Notes: generated by a model not told the origin, from the sequence alone. Counted from the whole stretch's first letter, positions 1 through 13,745 are shown. The stretch: DNA of 63,262 nt, filler included, from Dugesia japonica (GCA_001938525.1; 6 parts of 6 records of this genome joined end to end with filler, not necessarily neighbours in it), one strand, 5' to 3'. Program-made: numbers and translations.

Positions 1-96
1 TTATTATTATTATTATTAATATTATTATTATTATAATTATTATTATTATTATTATTATTATTAATATTATTATTCTGATTATTATTATTATTATTA
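1..96. repeat. (TTA)n/(TAT)n trinucleotide microsatellite
   Basis: Directly visible imperfect TTA repeats. Confidence 0.95.
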
Positions 97-964
97 AACA
101 ACAATCACCTTTGAAATCCACAGTGAATGTTTATATGCAGAAACAATTAAAGTTTATCAACAATTATCTTTTTAAAATATTTTATTTAAATACAAATTAC
201 AAAACGGAAATGGCGAATCAGGTTAATTTCATTAATATTTCTAACTTTGAAGAATTTCTTTAAGGATAAGTGAGTTCATTATTTCATTTTTTGTTCTTAC
301 ATTCTTATAATATTGATAAATTAGAATTTCAACAATTTAGCAAACAGTTCGAAAGATATCATGTTTTAAATTGTAGACGATAGTGAAATTCAATTTAGAA
401 ATAAAATACTGTTTACAATACCCTAGGATTAGTAAAATTGCATTGTAAAAATTTTATTCTATTAATTATTTCTATTAAATTTATCTTTTCATCTATCTTT
501 TTGTTCATTTACAATTCATTTATCTAATTTATATTTATTAACTCTGAGGTTTTTTAATTTTATAATTTTCTTTTAATGTAATATTTTTATAAAATTTCGA
601 TTTTTAATAATAAAATTTTAAATAATTTTTTGTTACTATTTAATTAGGATGAGTAATTTTAAAAATAATCAAATTAACATAATATGGTTTTAATTTTAAT
701 GAATCTTAAGTTTTTGTCTTCTCAAATTTCATCAAAGAATGTGTTTATTTAAATTAATTTTTTTAATGAGAACTAGTTAACTAGTGTTTGATAAAAGAAA
801 TTAAATATTTGTAAAAACAATATTTGTTTAAATATGTACAGATTTACGCATTAATTGATTTAACAATTCTTTTATATACATGGTGGCTCTTTCAAATTTG
901 TTGATGGTTTATCATATTTATTGCTAATTTTTTTTATTCATTTATTATGAAATATTTGAAAGTT

Positions 965-1370
965 TTAATTGATTTAATAATTGAACACCATTTTTTTAAA
1001 TATTTATTAAGTGCGATCAATTTCGATGGAATAATCGTCATCTTCAGACATTTAATGATTATTAAAACAAACTATTTACAAGGTTTAAATGATTATATAA
1101 TTTTAATTATACAATCTCAATAAAATAATTTTAAGAGCTATGCTGAATCCGTCAACTGAACATTAATTTTATAATTTAATGTCCTTATCAACAAATCTTC
1201 ACACATCACTCTCTCCCAATAATTATTAAATTATCAACTGCACAAGATTTTAAAATCTGAAAACTCTATTGACTTTATACATTTTCTTCAATGCTCAGCA
1301 ATATTACTATTTTCACTATTTAAAATATGCTCTTGTACTCTGGTGCAGAGATGAAAATGTCCTTTGAAAC
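965..1370 (-). mobile_element. Penelope-like element (PLE) 3' fragment: GIY-YIG C-terminus plus pLTR
   Basis: Reverse complement of about 1858-2215. The ORF-track peptide HLCTRVQEH..NSNIAEH matches the + copy. Confidence 0.8.
1007..1055 (-). ncRNA. Minimal type I hammerhead ribozyme (PLE pLTR)
   Basis: Minus strand reads uuaaaugu-CUGAAGA-u-gacg..cauc-GAAA-uug-AUC-gcacuuaa: core boxes, imperfect stem II, short stem III, AUC cleavage triplet, stem I. Confidence 0.7.
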
Positions 1371-1529
1371 AGAAATATATAGAAAGTAAACTGATCCTGG
1401 TTTGATTACAAATCCTGCCGATTTTTGTGACATAAAATATATAAGTAATATGATTGAAGGACGAATTCATCGTTCTTGGTCTTTCTCTTCTACTTTTATC
1501 AAAGCTGACTAGAGTCTAAATAAATTAAT

Positions 1530-2215
1530 TGACTTACGTCATAATAATGAATATTCTAAATTGTTTAAGGGCAAATTAGTTTATGAAACTTGGAATAAAC
1601 TAAATAGTGACTCATCGCGTGTTGATATATGAGAAGTTGTAGAAACAGATCCTAAAATTATTTTATCTTTACTTTATTCTGAAGGCTTTAAAAAATTCAA
1701 ACTTTCAATTGAAAATGTTCTTAAGAATATTATAATTATAAAGGTTGTATCTCAATCTCATAAGGTTATAAATATTTTCAATAATAAATCTTTAACCCTT
1801 TTAGGCTTGTGCTCTGATCTGATCTATCAATTTAAATACATTGGAGAGACTTCTCGTCATCTCTGCACCAGGGTACAAGAGCATTGTCTAAAACATGGAA
1901 ATAGTAATATTGCTGAGCATCGAGGAAAATTTATAAAGTCAATAGAGTGTTCAGATTTTCAAATCTAGTGCAGTGGATTTAATAATTATCTGGAGAGAGT
2001 GGTGTAGAAAGCTTTGTTGATAAGGTCATTAAATTTTAAAATTAATCTTCAGTATTTGAGATTGTATAATTGAAATTATATAATCATTTAAACATTGTAA
2101 ATAGTTTGTTTAAGTAATCTTTAATTGTCTGATGATGACGGTTATCGCGTCGAAATTGATCCCAATTAATAAATATATTAAAAAGTGGTGTTCTATTATT
2201 TTTTGAAAAGGTTAC
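1530..2215 (+). mobile_element. Penelope-like element 3' fragment (degenerate GIY-YIG endonuclease plus pLTR)
   Basis: About 1830-1890 translates FKYIGETSRHLCTRVQEHC, the YIG motif with R..EH typical of PLE endonucleases. Stops and frameshifts present. Confidence 0.85.
2121..2169 (+). ncRNA. Minimal type I hammerhead ribozyme (PLE pLTR)
   Basis: uuaauug-u-CUGAUGA-u-GACG-guuaucg-CGUC-GAAA-uug-AUC-c-caauuaa: 7-bp stem I with a closing mismatch, 4-bp stem II, intact core. Confidence 0.8.
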
Positions 2216-2352
2216 CATTATCTGTTGAATTTTTAAATCGTAATTCAATTGATTAATAAATGTTAAACTGTAATAATATTAATTTTTTTATATCTAAAAT
2301 AGATTATGAAAGCTAAATTAACATAAAATGTAAGAATTAAATTAGTTCTAAT

Positions 2353-3527
2353 CAGGGATTGGTCAGGTTCTTCAAATAGATCAATAACCTTTGATAGCAG
2401 ATAAACCTCACTCACAAATAGTAACTGATGAAGCAAATGCTAAAGGTTTTATGGTGAAATTGCAATTACTTTAATGAGGTATTTACGAAAATTTGCTCAG
2501 GTGACAAGTAGGAACATTATAATTTTTTAAAAGCATCATTTTTATATAAACAAAGAGCACCTCGTTCAAGAATTTCATGATGATGATACAGATGATGGTA
2601 TTGGATTTTGTCAATGGTTTCATGAAACAGAGGAACCTCATTTCTAACATTTACTTCACCTCGAAGTGGCATATATAATGTAATTAAATGTATGTTACAA
2701 TAAAGAACATAATATCTTTTATTTATTTATTTATTTATTGGTCATATCAATAGGCATAATGCACGTTATTAGTCTGGCGTAAACATTCATTGGATGGAGG
2801 CAACTCATTTGTAACATGACCTTAAAGTAGTGATGTTGGTCGCATTGTGTGGAGAAAGGCTTTTGATCCATACATTTTTGAAATTACTGTCACGGGAGAA
2901 AGTTATTTGCATATGTTACAAACATGGTTGATGCATATTGTTAACAGATGCTAATTGTAAAAAAGCAAATATGTGGTTCATGCACGATGGTGCACCACCA
3001 CATGTTTTTTAATCATTCGCAATTTTTTGAATTTTTTATTTTCAAACAAGTGTTGTAGAATGGCTACCTAGATTTCCAGACCTTACGTTTATTTACTTCT
3101 TTTTATGGGCCCTTCTGACGTTAGTTGTATTTGAAGATCTCCCTAGTATTGTCTTAGATTTTAAAGAAAGAATAAAATTGGAATACGCCAAGATTTATGT
3201 TCAAGTGTTGCAGAATGTTAAGGTCTCTTGGACGCCAAATTCATTTGAATATTTTTTGAAATAAACTGCCATTTTATAATTAAGAAAAATTTCATTTGTT
3301 GCACAACTTCTCATTTAATGTTTTGTTAATTTAGCTTCCATAATTCATTCTAGACATAATAAAATTATTATTATTACAAGATAATATTAATAATCAAATA
3401 AACCTTTCAGACATTTTATAATAAATTCATAACAAGTAACAATAAATATGATAAACCATCGCAAAACATAAAGTTTATCTTTTTTCTTAAAATTTCCCAT
3501 GGTGCGTGACTTTTGCGTTACTCTGCA
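2353..3527 (+). mobile_element. Degenerate Tc1/mariner-superfamily transposon (DD37D/DD41D-like)
   Basis: Broken frames contain WFMHDGAPPH (about 2973-3003) and WLPRFPDLT..FFLW (about 3061-3110). A TIR-like end lies near 3505-3527. Ends are approximate. Confidence 0.75.
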
Positions 3528-6256
3528 TTGAACAATTTAATTAATATATTTAACAATTTTATAAAATTTGTGACAGAGAAATGTTTTAGGTAAAGGAAAA
3601 ACCTCTCAATAGTTTATTATAAATGTTTCTATATTTTAGATAATTCTCGTTTTCCTTTTACTTTTTGACTCAATATTTTTCACTGATTTTATTTTGCGCT
3701 TCATTGTTCTTTTTCAAGAATCTCACAAATATTTTTGATGATTTGTAAAGTAATCATTTTTCTTTATTTTGCGAATTTCTGTTTCTTGGCAGACTTCTTC
3801 ATGCTCCTGTAATTTTTCAGTCATTTTATGGTTAAGATTTTCAAATATATGACATTCTCTTAATTTATATTAATAACTATGCCGAGAATTCATTTAAATA
3901 TGTCCGCGGCAAAATATTGAAGAAAAATTAAATTTTAAAATAGAAGAAATTTACTTTAGTTTTTAGAATCTAACTGAGCAATTCACTAAATTGGCAACAC
4001 TAACATCTGTCTCACGTTTATCATAAGCATGCGTCAGTCAGCGTCTCTATTGAAAAAGAAATTTTATATTTTCAAAATTACATCATAACTTTTGGAATTT
4101 TTAGTTGACCTTAGAAAGTATAATCTTTTGAAAAGAGGAGCCAACTAAATCAAATTCTGTTTTGATTCTTCATATTTGTGCAAATTTTTATTTTCCAATA
4201 TGAATATTATAAAATTAAAATTCAGATTTCAATTTACTAATGCCAGCTTTGAAGACTGTTTACGATTGGAATTATTATCTAACACACTCAACTATGAGAA
4301 ATTAGCAAATCAAGATCGCACTAATTCGACTTTTGTGATAAATATATAATGTAACTGAAGGTATGTTATAATAGAGAGCATAATATTTTTAATTAATTCT
4401 TTTTTTTAATATCATATTGCGCTTCTGACCATCGTTTGCAATTATGAATGAATCCGCGTCACAAAAAAAAGTTGAGAACCTTTACATTAATGTGTAATAT
4501 TGTAAGATGAACTTATTAAAGTTTTAACGATCAAATAGTTGTAATAAAAATTTGTAGGCAACACTAATTAATCTAATATCTTCTATAACCTTTAATTAAT
4601 GAGTATTTCGTTTTCAATCGACAAGATTTCTTATTATTAATTTTATTAATTCAAATTTTTAATTAAAGTTAATTTATTTTTATTTTCTCCTTTAAATAAA
4701 GTTAATTAATTATTGATTAATGAAACAAAATAACGCGGGTTTATAGTAAATAAAACTTTCCAATAAAATCTCCATTAACATATAATAACAATTGGCATCG
4801 CATTTGTTTAGATGTGAGCATAAGGCGGACCGGAACAAGAAATTATATAATAAAGCCGCATTCATATCAAAAAATTCATCAAATTTTAGCGGACTCCAAA
4901 ACTGAAAGCGAAATTGTGTTTATGTAATTAATGAAAATTGAATTAAATTTTTTCACAGATTATTATTTTGAAATTTGTATTTATTTTCTGAAATGGTGTT
5001 TTGATAATCGTCATAATCATAAATTTCAAATATTCACACGGTAAAACAATTTATATTTTAAACTTTATCTATATAATTAAAACAAATATTCTTTTTAGAT
5101 TAATTGAAATACGAATTACCATAATTTAATTGGTTTTCTTTTAAAAATTTAATTTAACTATTGTTTGAAGTATTGTTATTGTTTTGTTCGCCGAACTGAC
5201 CCGAGTAATTAAATGTATTTAACTTTAATTTATTTTTGTTTCACTTCCAAATTTGGTTCCAAATTAAAAATAGTTCTTATATATTTTTATCAGTTCATGA
5301 AGATGGCACTGTTCGTAGAGTTTAAGAAACTCTCCGTGGAATTAAAAAGAGTTTTTGAATACATTCTACATTTTTTAAAAAATAAAAAACAAAAATTTTA
5401 TTTTTGTATTTTTTCAAACAAATTAAATAAGCTAAACAATTTGAGAAAGAACTTTAATTCTAAAAATTTCTACTTATTTTAAAATTAAACTTCTTTTTAA
5501 TAATTACAATATTTAAAATATTATTTTCAAAATTTTTAATAATTTTAATAATATTTAATTTATCTTAAAATTTCATTCTAAAAATTGTATTTTATTTTAT
5601 TTATTTTATAATTTTAATATTGTATTTAATTTAATTTTTTTTCTGTTTAAAATTCAAACTATTTATAATCTTTATCTTTAATTAATGTTTTCTTACAAGT
5701 ACAATATATTATCAATACATTATTGAGATTGCCTGCTTACGGTGGTGTCACCATAGTCTTTAATTAGAATATTTAAAAAGATTTTAAACTTTCCTGAGAT
5801 TTGGGGTAGCCGACTGCAAAACTCGAGTGAAATCAGCAATACTCTAATAGGAACCTTAAAGGGTATTGAACCAACATGGAAATACTCTTTGCACATATTC
5901 ATTAGTGGAAGCACGAGGTTCTGATTTAAAGAAAATAGAACAACTCTCCAATAATTAGATTTTTAGTTACGGATTAGTAAAGAATCTCGAAAAACTCTAT
6001 TGAATACGAAGAAATAGATAAAAAAAATACAAAAAATACTCAATTCTTTATCAATTTAACTAATAATATTATTATGTATAATTAAAATTGTCAATAGAGG
6101 TTTGTAAAAAGGTTTTTTAGAATCGATTTTCCAATTAAAAAATTGAATTTCGATTTTTACTTTTGCTTAGATTTTACTTAATTGTCTTAATATTGATCTT
6201 TTTTTCAGTAGGTTTTCTTTGAAATTTTGTCGATTATTTTTTTATCTTCTAATTTA

Positions 6257-6779
6257 TTACGTTGATTAGAAAGTTTGATCGGTTTTTTGGAAGTTTATTA
6301 AAATAAATCTAATAAATTTATTCGACAAAATGCGCACTATTATTTTTAACAATCTGTCTCCATCGATTGGGTCGTTTCATGATTCTATCAGTGAGGAATT
6401 CTTTGGGCTACCGGCTGAAATGATTTTTGAAATCTTCCAAATATTGATATTCATTTAATTTAAAATATTCTGAAGGGAATGGAAAAGATGGTAATCTGAA
6501 AGAACAATATTTGCAGAATATGCAGGGTGACTTAAAACATCCCATTTAAATTCTAAAAGTTTTTGCCGTACATTCAATGATAAGTGAGGGCAAAGATTAT
6601 TATGAAGGAATACCACACCTTTTTGATTATCAATTTTCGGAGATTTTTTAATCACTTCTGTTTTAGATTGTCTAATTGACAACAATACTCATGGGTGGTA
6701 ATGGTTTTCTCGCTAAGTAGACGCTTAACTAAATTGAAAGCAAAACCTTTATGGGATTACTTATTGCGTTTGATACTTT
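6257..6779 (-). mobile_element. mariner transposon, 3' part (split by a solo LTR)
   Basis: ORF 6455-6685 has HNN..PH, W.VL.HPAYS..I..SDYHLFHSLQN (mariner YSPDLAPSDY motif). A TIR-like sequence follows TA at 6255. Confidence 0.9.
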
Positions 6780-8750
6780 TGTTGGAATTTTACGCTTTTA
6801 ATTAATTTACTGCACCAATACTACGGCTTTTCTCTTGCATTCCAATATTATTACATCTGTCTAGGGGTATACCTAAAATCCCCAAGTATTTATGACACCT
6901 CGGCGCCATGCCCCTTCTCTTCCGAGTTCAGCGAGACTTTGTGGTATCTCGTCTTATTTGCATGGATGTTAATCGACAACAATCAATAGCTCAGTATGTC
7001 ATTTCTATTCATACTCTCGCTTTACTGCACTCATCTATTATTAGAAAAAACTATAAGTTTAACAGAAAACAATATCTGATAAGATAAAGAGAACTGGTGA
7101 AAGCAACGTTTCTTCGGCCTGTGGCCTGATAGTTTCTTCTTCCTCCCTTCTATAATTCTAACGAGAATTTCCTTAATCAGAGACACTTAGAGTTCAGATA
7201 GTATTTCTATTTAATCAATAGTATTTAATTAATCAAAAGTGAATTANTAATTATTCGTTGCTACACTTCAATTAAATAACTTCACACGAACATTGAACTC
7301 TGCATTTTTATGAAAAATAACTATATAAAAGACTCTTTTCTTATACTATGAACTTCACTTCAAACTTAACAATAAACAAATAAATTAGATAAATTATCAA
7401 AAACGGTTAAATGACGAGATTTAATTCAGAGTAATCATATTTAAATTTTTAAAATTCATACAACAACAAAGAAATTGTAAACTTTAAACCACGATAGAGC
7501 TCAAAATAAAAAATAAAACATTATTACTTAAGAATCAATGCTCGTCAGTGATCGTACCCGAGCTCCCACCTTGTTTTTAGTACCATTCTTGCCATTATTC
7601 GTGGACATTTCTCATTCCAACATTTATTTATTTCGGTTCTCATCTTTTCCGATATAACTCTTCTTCATCATCTACGGCATTTCCAATTTGGTTTTCCACT
7701 CATTTTCGGTGATATTATTGGCGATTTCTCGTTTCATTTTCTGATGATAAATTTCGATCACAATATTGATGGGAGCACGACCATTAGATTCGTGTGGACA
7801 CACTCGGATCATAGATATAAGGTTGACATTTATTCATATTAACTAATAATAAAATTTACTTATTATAACTTTGATGTTCTCCTTTGATAAATAACCGATC
7901 TCGTTCCTAATATCAGTTCCTAATAGCTAATATCAGTGGTAGTAAAAATAAAATTTTTTTTAAGTAAAATGTTTTTAATAATTTAAGAGTAGTAAATGAT
8001 AAAGTAGTAGTGTTTATTTTTCTTACTGAAGTTGATTTTATTCTGTCGTGAATTTGTCAGTTTGTAGCTATTCATTAGCCGACCAATCATTATTTTGTAT
8101 TTCGGTATCTGGTCTTCTAATTGGGGCGTCTGGTGTGTTATTTTCTTCCTCTTCCTACATCGGCAGTGATTTCTCTGCTTACCAACTTGCACTTTCTCTT
8201 GGCTCTTGGTGTTTCATCAGTCACCTCATGTGACTCCTGCTTACGTAAATCGTTACTTTGGAAAAGCCCTTTCTAGCAGGAAATGATTCAGCTGTTTTGC
8301 TGATTATTTTTGATTTAATTTTCATCAGCTAGACAAGGACAGATGACTGTACCAGCATTAATTAAAATAATAATTAATATTAAACTCTATTTAGCGTTAT
8401 TTATAGTAATGAAATTGGGTCGCAGATACCCTTTTAATAAATTATTATAATATAATATCTTATTTTTATTATTTAATTAATCATTCTCTTCTTATCCGTA
8501 TAATTTTCATTTTTTTTGTCATTAAATTTGGGTCTTCTACGCCCGATTTCCCTTTTTTCCAATCTTTTTATAATAATTCATAATACTTATACTAATAATA
8601 ATTTTATAATAATAATGACGATTTCATAAATAATAATCAATAATCTGGTCCAGATCATCTACTTTGTTCACTGTTGTCCGTATTTACTCATTTACTTTCA
8701 ACAACTTTCGAGGCTTTAATTTCTATTTCTTGATGTGTTCCAGCCCAACA
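6780..8750 (-). mobile_element. Large solo LTR (about 1.97 kb)
   Basis: Termini TGTTGG..CCCAACA with 4-bp TSD CTTT (6776-6779 and 8751-8754). Removing it rejoins mariner ITGDKKWSVYK-SIKRNK. 6780-6960 is homologous (reverse complement) to 43660-43847. Confidence 0.85.
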
Positions 8751-9180
8751 CTTTTATAAACGGACCATTTTTTATCACCTGTTATTATCCTTTTAATAAT
8801 AGTTCCGTTTCAATTGCAAATTAAAAACAGAAATTAATGTTTTTTATGTCAATTTAGAAAGTACTAAAGTATTTGCCAAATAAGTTCCGAAAAATATCTC
8901 CCATATCTCTCGCATTGTTTTGCAGCGTTGTTTTTGAAGTAAGATCATAGTAAGTTGATTATTGGCCGTCTGCTGCCGTCCTGTGCGATCTGAGTCTTTT
9001 ATGGAAAAATCACCTGCTTTAAATTTTGAAAACCACTTTTGACAAGTACAATCAGTCACAGCATTCTTTCAATGAGTTTCACATATATTCTTTTGTGTTC
9101 GGATTGCATTTATTTCTGTAACGAAAGTAAAAAATAGCATGGCGAATATGTTCTTTATAATTAAACATTTAAAAGCTTAT
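8751..9180 (-). mobile_element. mariner transposon, 5' part
   Basis: ORF 8844-9059 CQKWFSKFKAGDFSIKDSDRTGR (mariner HTH), and ITGDKKW (first catalytic Asp region) next to the LTR. Confidence 0.9.
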
Positions 9181-10216
9181 TTACTAAACATTTAAATTAG
9201 GTATTTATTTGCTTAACATTTTTTTTCGTTAATTTCAATTCCCGTTTTTTTTCTGTAATGAGACAATTAATCCCATTAATTCAAAAAGATAAAAATGAAA
9301 AATTAATAATTTACAATAAATTCGATTTTTTTTTTAAAATTATTAATTTTACTATTATTTTTACAATAGGCAAACAATATAATAAACCTGATAAATGTAT
9401 ACGAAAACAAAAATTTACAAAGCAATAATCTAAACAATTGAATGAATTTCTAAATTTCTCATTGATTTAAACAAATAATTTCAATATTAAATTATAAGCT
9501 GTAAATAAAATTAATAAATTAAAATTAATAAAAAAAAACAGTAAAGTTTGACTCATCAAAATAAATTGTCATAAATCATTCATCGGAAAATTTATTTAAT
9601 TTATTTTCTACGCATAATTACAAATAAATTTGATGAAAATGTGTGTGATAATTAATAATTTAAAAAGTATAATATTTAATTTATAATTTAATTTAGAGTA
9701 ATAATAAAATTTATTTAAAAACATCAATCAATAAAAAGTGACAGCTAATTAAAAAATATATTTGCAACTGGAAACGACAGTTGTCATTAACAGTCATAGA
9801 TTTTCTATTAATTTATCAAAGATTATTCGATTTTAATATGTGCTAATTATTCGCGCAACCCCTGCTGGAAAACAAACTAATTTACTGTTCAGAGATCTGG
9901 AAGAAAATAAATGTCAAACATCTGATCACTTGCTGTTTGGCACTGTCATTGAAATAATCGATCTCAATGCGTGTTGGTTGATTATTACGAGTGAAATATA
10001 GAGATAGTATCAAATCGTTAATTGAATCGCATTTCGAATATTTTACGAGTAAATTCGCTGTCAATTTCACTGTCGGAAGATAAGTTCACAATTTTGTGGC
10101 ACATGTTCATTTTCANNNNNNNNNNNNNNNNNNNNNNNNNNNNNNNNNNNNNNNNNNNNTTAATTAATTAANNNNNNNNNNNNNNNNNNNNNNNNNNNNN
10201 NNNNNNNNNNNNNNNC

Positions 10217-11880
10217 TCTACCTGATAGTATGCATTTCATAAATCTGTTGAACTGAAATACTTGGCTCTATCTAACTTGTCCAGCATTTCATCGGCATTA
10301 GGAATAGGAAAGGCTTGTCTCTTCGTTACCGAATTCAATTGTCTGAAATCCAAACATATTCTAATGTCTTTCTTTTCCTTTTTCCAAACACATATCACTG
10401 AGGTATTCCATGGAGAGTTGCATTTCCTGATAATATTATTCTCGAAAAGGTTTTGGATAGCTTCTTCAATTTNNNNNNNNNNNNNNNNNNNNNNNNNNNN
10501 NNNNNNNNNNNNNNNNNNNNNNTCAATTTTAGATTCTACGTTCATTGGTTGTCTATATGGTTTTACATTGATTGGTTCACCACTTGTGATTATTTTATAT
10601 CTGGTCAGATGTGTACGTCCTACATCCCATTTATCTGCCATAAAAGCATCTTCTGTACTTTCAATTATTTTCAATAACCGTTGATCCTCTTTAATCTTTA
10701 AAATATTTAAGGCTCTTGTCAATTGCTCTCCTTTCTTTATTTGTCTTCCAAATTTTGCTTCAATATTGCAAATGTTATTTTCGACTTTTTTATCCATTTT
10801 TCTATTGACCATTTGCATAAGCTGGTATCCAAAATTCTTCTGCATGTCTAATTCACCTATCAAATCTGGTGTTACTCTTTCAGCAACTAAGAAAGTAATC
10901 TCTTAGCAAACGTCATCAATTATCACTCCGGTTCTAACTTTCCCAACAATTTCAAGTGTACTATTATTTGCACAACGCAATCTTTCATCACTCATTTCTA
11001 AATTTACATTCTACCTTATTTCCCTGAATTGATACCGTAACATTTGATCTGCCTTGCAATTTATGGTACGAATTTTTTTGTTTTCTTTTCTGTTTCAACT
11101 GTTCCAACTCATTCAACTTTTCTATCATCCGCAAACGTTTTCTTTTTAAGAACCNNNNNNNNNNNNNNNNNNNNNNNNNNNNNNNNNNNNNNNNNNNNNN
11201 NNNNTATTCAAAGAAAATGTTGTTACGTTTGAGTGTAAATTGTAATTACACTAAAGAAGACGCGCTAACAAAAACGGATTGCAAAGAAAGAATATTTAAT
11301 TCATATTCTGATAATGTAAGAATTACTGTTCAAAGTGATGTAAAAATTGTTGTAAATAATTTAATAAATCAACTTTAAAAATTCTTTTCTTTTCTGTTTC
11401 AACTGTTCCAACTCATTCAACTTTTCTATCATCCGCAAACGTTTTCTTTTTAAGAACCTATATATTGTTTCTGTAGCTTTTCCTATATCATCCCCCTTGA
11501 CAATAATTACTAACTTCATTTAAAAAAAGATGGTTCCAACCAACTCGTCTACTGGTGGAGCACTGTCTTTTGGGTACTGCCTTTCGGAATCACTTTCATT
11601 TACTTCCTCATATCCATCGTTTGTACTGACATATTCATCTTAAATCGCATGTACTTGATTTTATCGGTTTTTTGATCTTTCTGCAGTCATAAAATTCTCA
11701 CTTGTTATTTTCATTTTAAAAATTTGTGTAGCACTCTTCAGCTTTATGTCCAACATTACCACATCGTTTACACCTCAATTCTTGACATAACCTTCTAATA
11801 TGGCCAACATTTCTACATCCAAAACATTTTGTTTGTTTTTTTATTTGGACCATCTCGACTTATATGTCCTGTTTTATGAC
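10217..11880 (-). mobile_element. Ty3/Gypsy family A gag-pol fragment
   Basis: ORF 10237-10863 has SPWNT..KKEKKDIRICLDFRQLN (RT N-terminus). Two CCHC zinc knuckles at about 11725-11830 (CFGCRNVGH, CKRCGNVGHKAEEC). Confidence 0.9.
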
Positions 11881-11899
11881 AAGTCCTGTTTTATGACAA

Positions 11900-12870
11900 T
11901 ACATATGCTATATGGATATTTATTAGAGGTTGATATTGTAATTCTTATTTAGTTACATAATTATTTGAATGATCTCTTGGTAACAGCTGAACATCAAATC
12001 CCTCTAGGTAGTAAAGTGAAGAAATTAATCTTAACACATTACCCGAAGATAAATTACGCAATTCACTGGAGGCTGCTGCAGTTGTATTTACAATTAAGTG
12101 TGCAAGTGACAAAGGTATATAGAGCTGTTAAGTCAAGTCAGGCTAATATATTGAAGAAAAAAGTAGATATTAACACAGAGCTAAGACGACGTAGTAAAAC
12201 CGAATTGGAGAAGAACTTCTACAAGCTATTAAATAATAGTCTAATGGGAAAAAGTGTGGAAAATTTAAAGAAAGAATTAACCTGAGGATTTGTAATTCTG
12301 CCAAAAGGTTGATTTCTTACACTTCAAAACCAAATTTTAGAAGAACAATAAAAATAGCCAACGATTTAAAAGCTGTTAAACTCAGCAAGGAGGTGATATG
12401 TTTGGATTGACCCAGCTACATTGGACAGACTGTACTCGATCTGAGTAAATTAAGAATGTATCAATTACAGTATATGGAGCTTGAAAAGTATCGAAGAGAG
12501 GTGAAATGTGTGATAAATATAGTAGCTGGTGATACTGGCAGTTTTCTTTTAGAGGTTAACGATATTAAACTGGATAAATTATTAGAATTAATGGAATGAA
12601 ATAGATTATTGGACACATCAAACTATAAACCAAATGATCATTTCTATAGCATAGACCTGAATTCAGTAATTGGCAAGCTTAAAGATGAGAGGAAAGGTAA
12701 AAGATATAAAGAATGGCCAAAATTTTGAAGTAGCATGCAAGCTAAGGGAATATCATAGAAAGATACAGACATAACAAATCAGTCATATCTTGATTGTTAC
12801 AACGAAAATAAGAGAGTTTTAGTTAATCAATTTAGAATAGGGTTTATAAATCAATGTAAAATTTTGAATT
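11900..12870 (+). pseudogene. Polinton/Maverick protein-primed DNA polymerase B, C-terminal fragment
   Basis: FYKLLNNSLMGK (motif B), P.YIG.TVLDLSKLRMY, AGDT.SFF (motif C) and IGKLKDE, with stops. Homologous to the minus-strand copy at 29680-32930. Confidence 0.9.
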
Positions 12871-12917
12871 ATAATGAAAATGAATTAAAATTAACACATG
12901 AAATAAATTATTAGAAG

Positions 12918-13745
12918 AAAGCATTTTTATACAGCAAACCTTATAAACAAAATGTTCAATTTTTTATTCTGAGTTAAATGGAATGAAAATATTTTACAAA
13001 TTATCATTATTTTAATTATAATTATTATTTATAATTACTTATAAAATTATATATTATTTTGAGAGTCATACATATTTGTACAACAAACCCTTTAGAAAAT
13101 ATGTTTAGTTTTTTATTCTGAGTTAAAAAAGACCAATTTTTTTGACTATCCTATGTATTTTCCAGAAATGATAATTTTCTATCCAAGGAGGGACATGGTA
13201 ACCGGTAATTTTTTATCTTTTGAACTAAGCATATTTTTACAGAAAATCCTATAAATAAAATGTTTAGAATGCTATCATTTCAATGTCCATCCGACGAGTT
13301 TTGCTTGAAAAATTCTCGGATCAAGGTTGATTGATTTAGTGCGCTAGTTCTTTTTCAGAGAGAACCAAGCATATTTACATAGCAAACCTTATAAGAAATA
13401 TGTTCATATTTTAATTCTGAGTTTAAAAATATCAAATTTGTTATTTTATCATTAGTATTTCCAGAAAAATAATTTTTCATCCTGGGCTAGACCTGGGTGG
13501 CACCTGGTAATTTTTTATCTTTTGAATACCAAACCCTAAACAAAATATGTTTAGAATTTTATTCTGAATTGAATACTACCATTTGCAGTACAATACCATA
13601 AGTTTGATGTAGAAATTCCTGGATCAAAATCAACTGATCCAGTGCACTAGTACCTTTTTCCAGAGAACCAAGCATATTCATATAGGAAATTATATACAGA
13701 AATGTTTAGTTTTTAATTCTTAGTTCAACAATACCAAACTTGNAA
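12918..13745. repeat. Tandem array of about 145-bp units with alternating A/B variants
   Basis: The core aagcatatt..cagcaaaccttata..aaatatgtt..attctgagtt recurs at about 12920, 13070, 13228, 13368, 13527 and 13670. Confidence 0.8.

Noticed and set aside
5213-5482. AT-rich F/L/K/I-biased ORFs (also 29206-29550, 49336-49539, 52545-52814, 58902-59114)
   Set aside because: Composition mirrors AT-rich non-coding DNA, with no motifs or splice support.
7530-8350. Coding-looking segments (ORFs 7983-8192 and 8048-8233)
   Set aside because: They lie inside the TSD-bounded solo LTR 6780-8750. Frames are short and carry no motifs.
9858-10115. Moderately GC-balanced stretch that may be a terminal exon on the minus strand
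   Set aside because: No recognisable motif, ambiguous frame, and truncated by the contig end.
10160-10171. TTAATTAATTAA palindrome inside N runs (also 22150, 33267, 42735, 51492)
   Set aside because: Artificial six-frame-stop spacer joining contigs. It is not biological, and linkage across it (for example pPolB at 29680-32930 to the Polinton arm at 35909) cannot be assumed.
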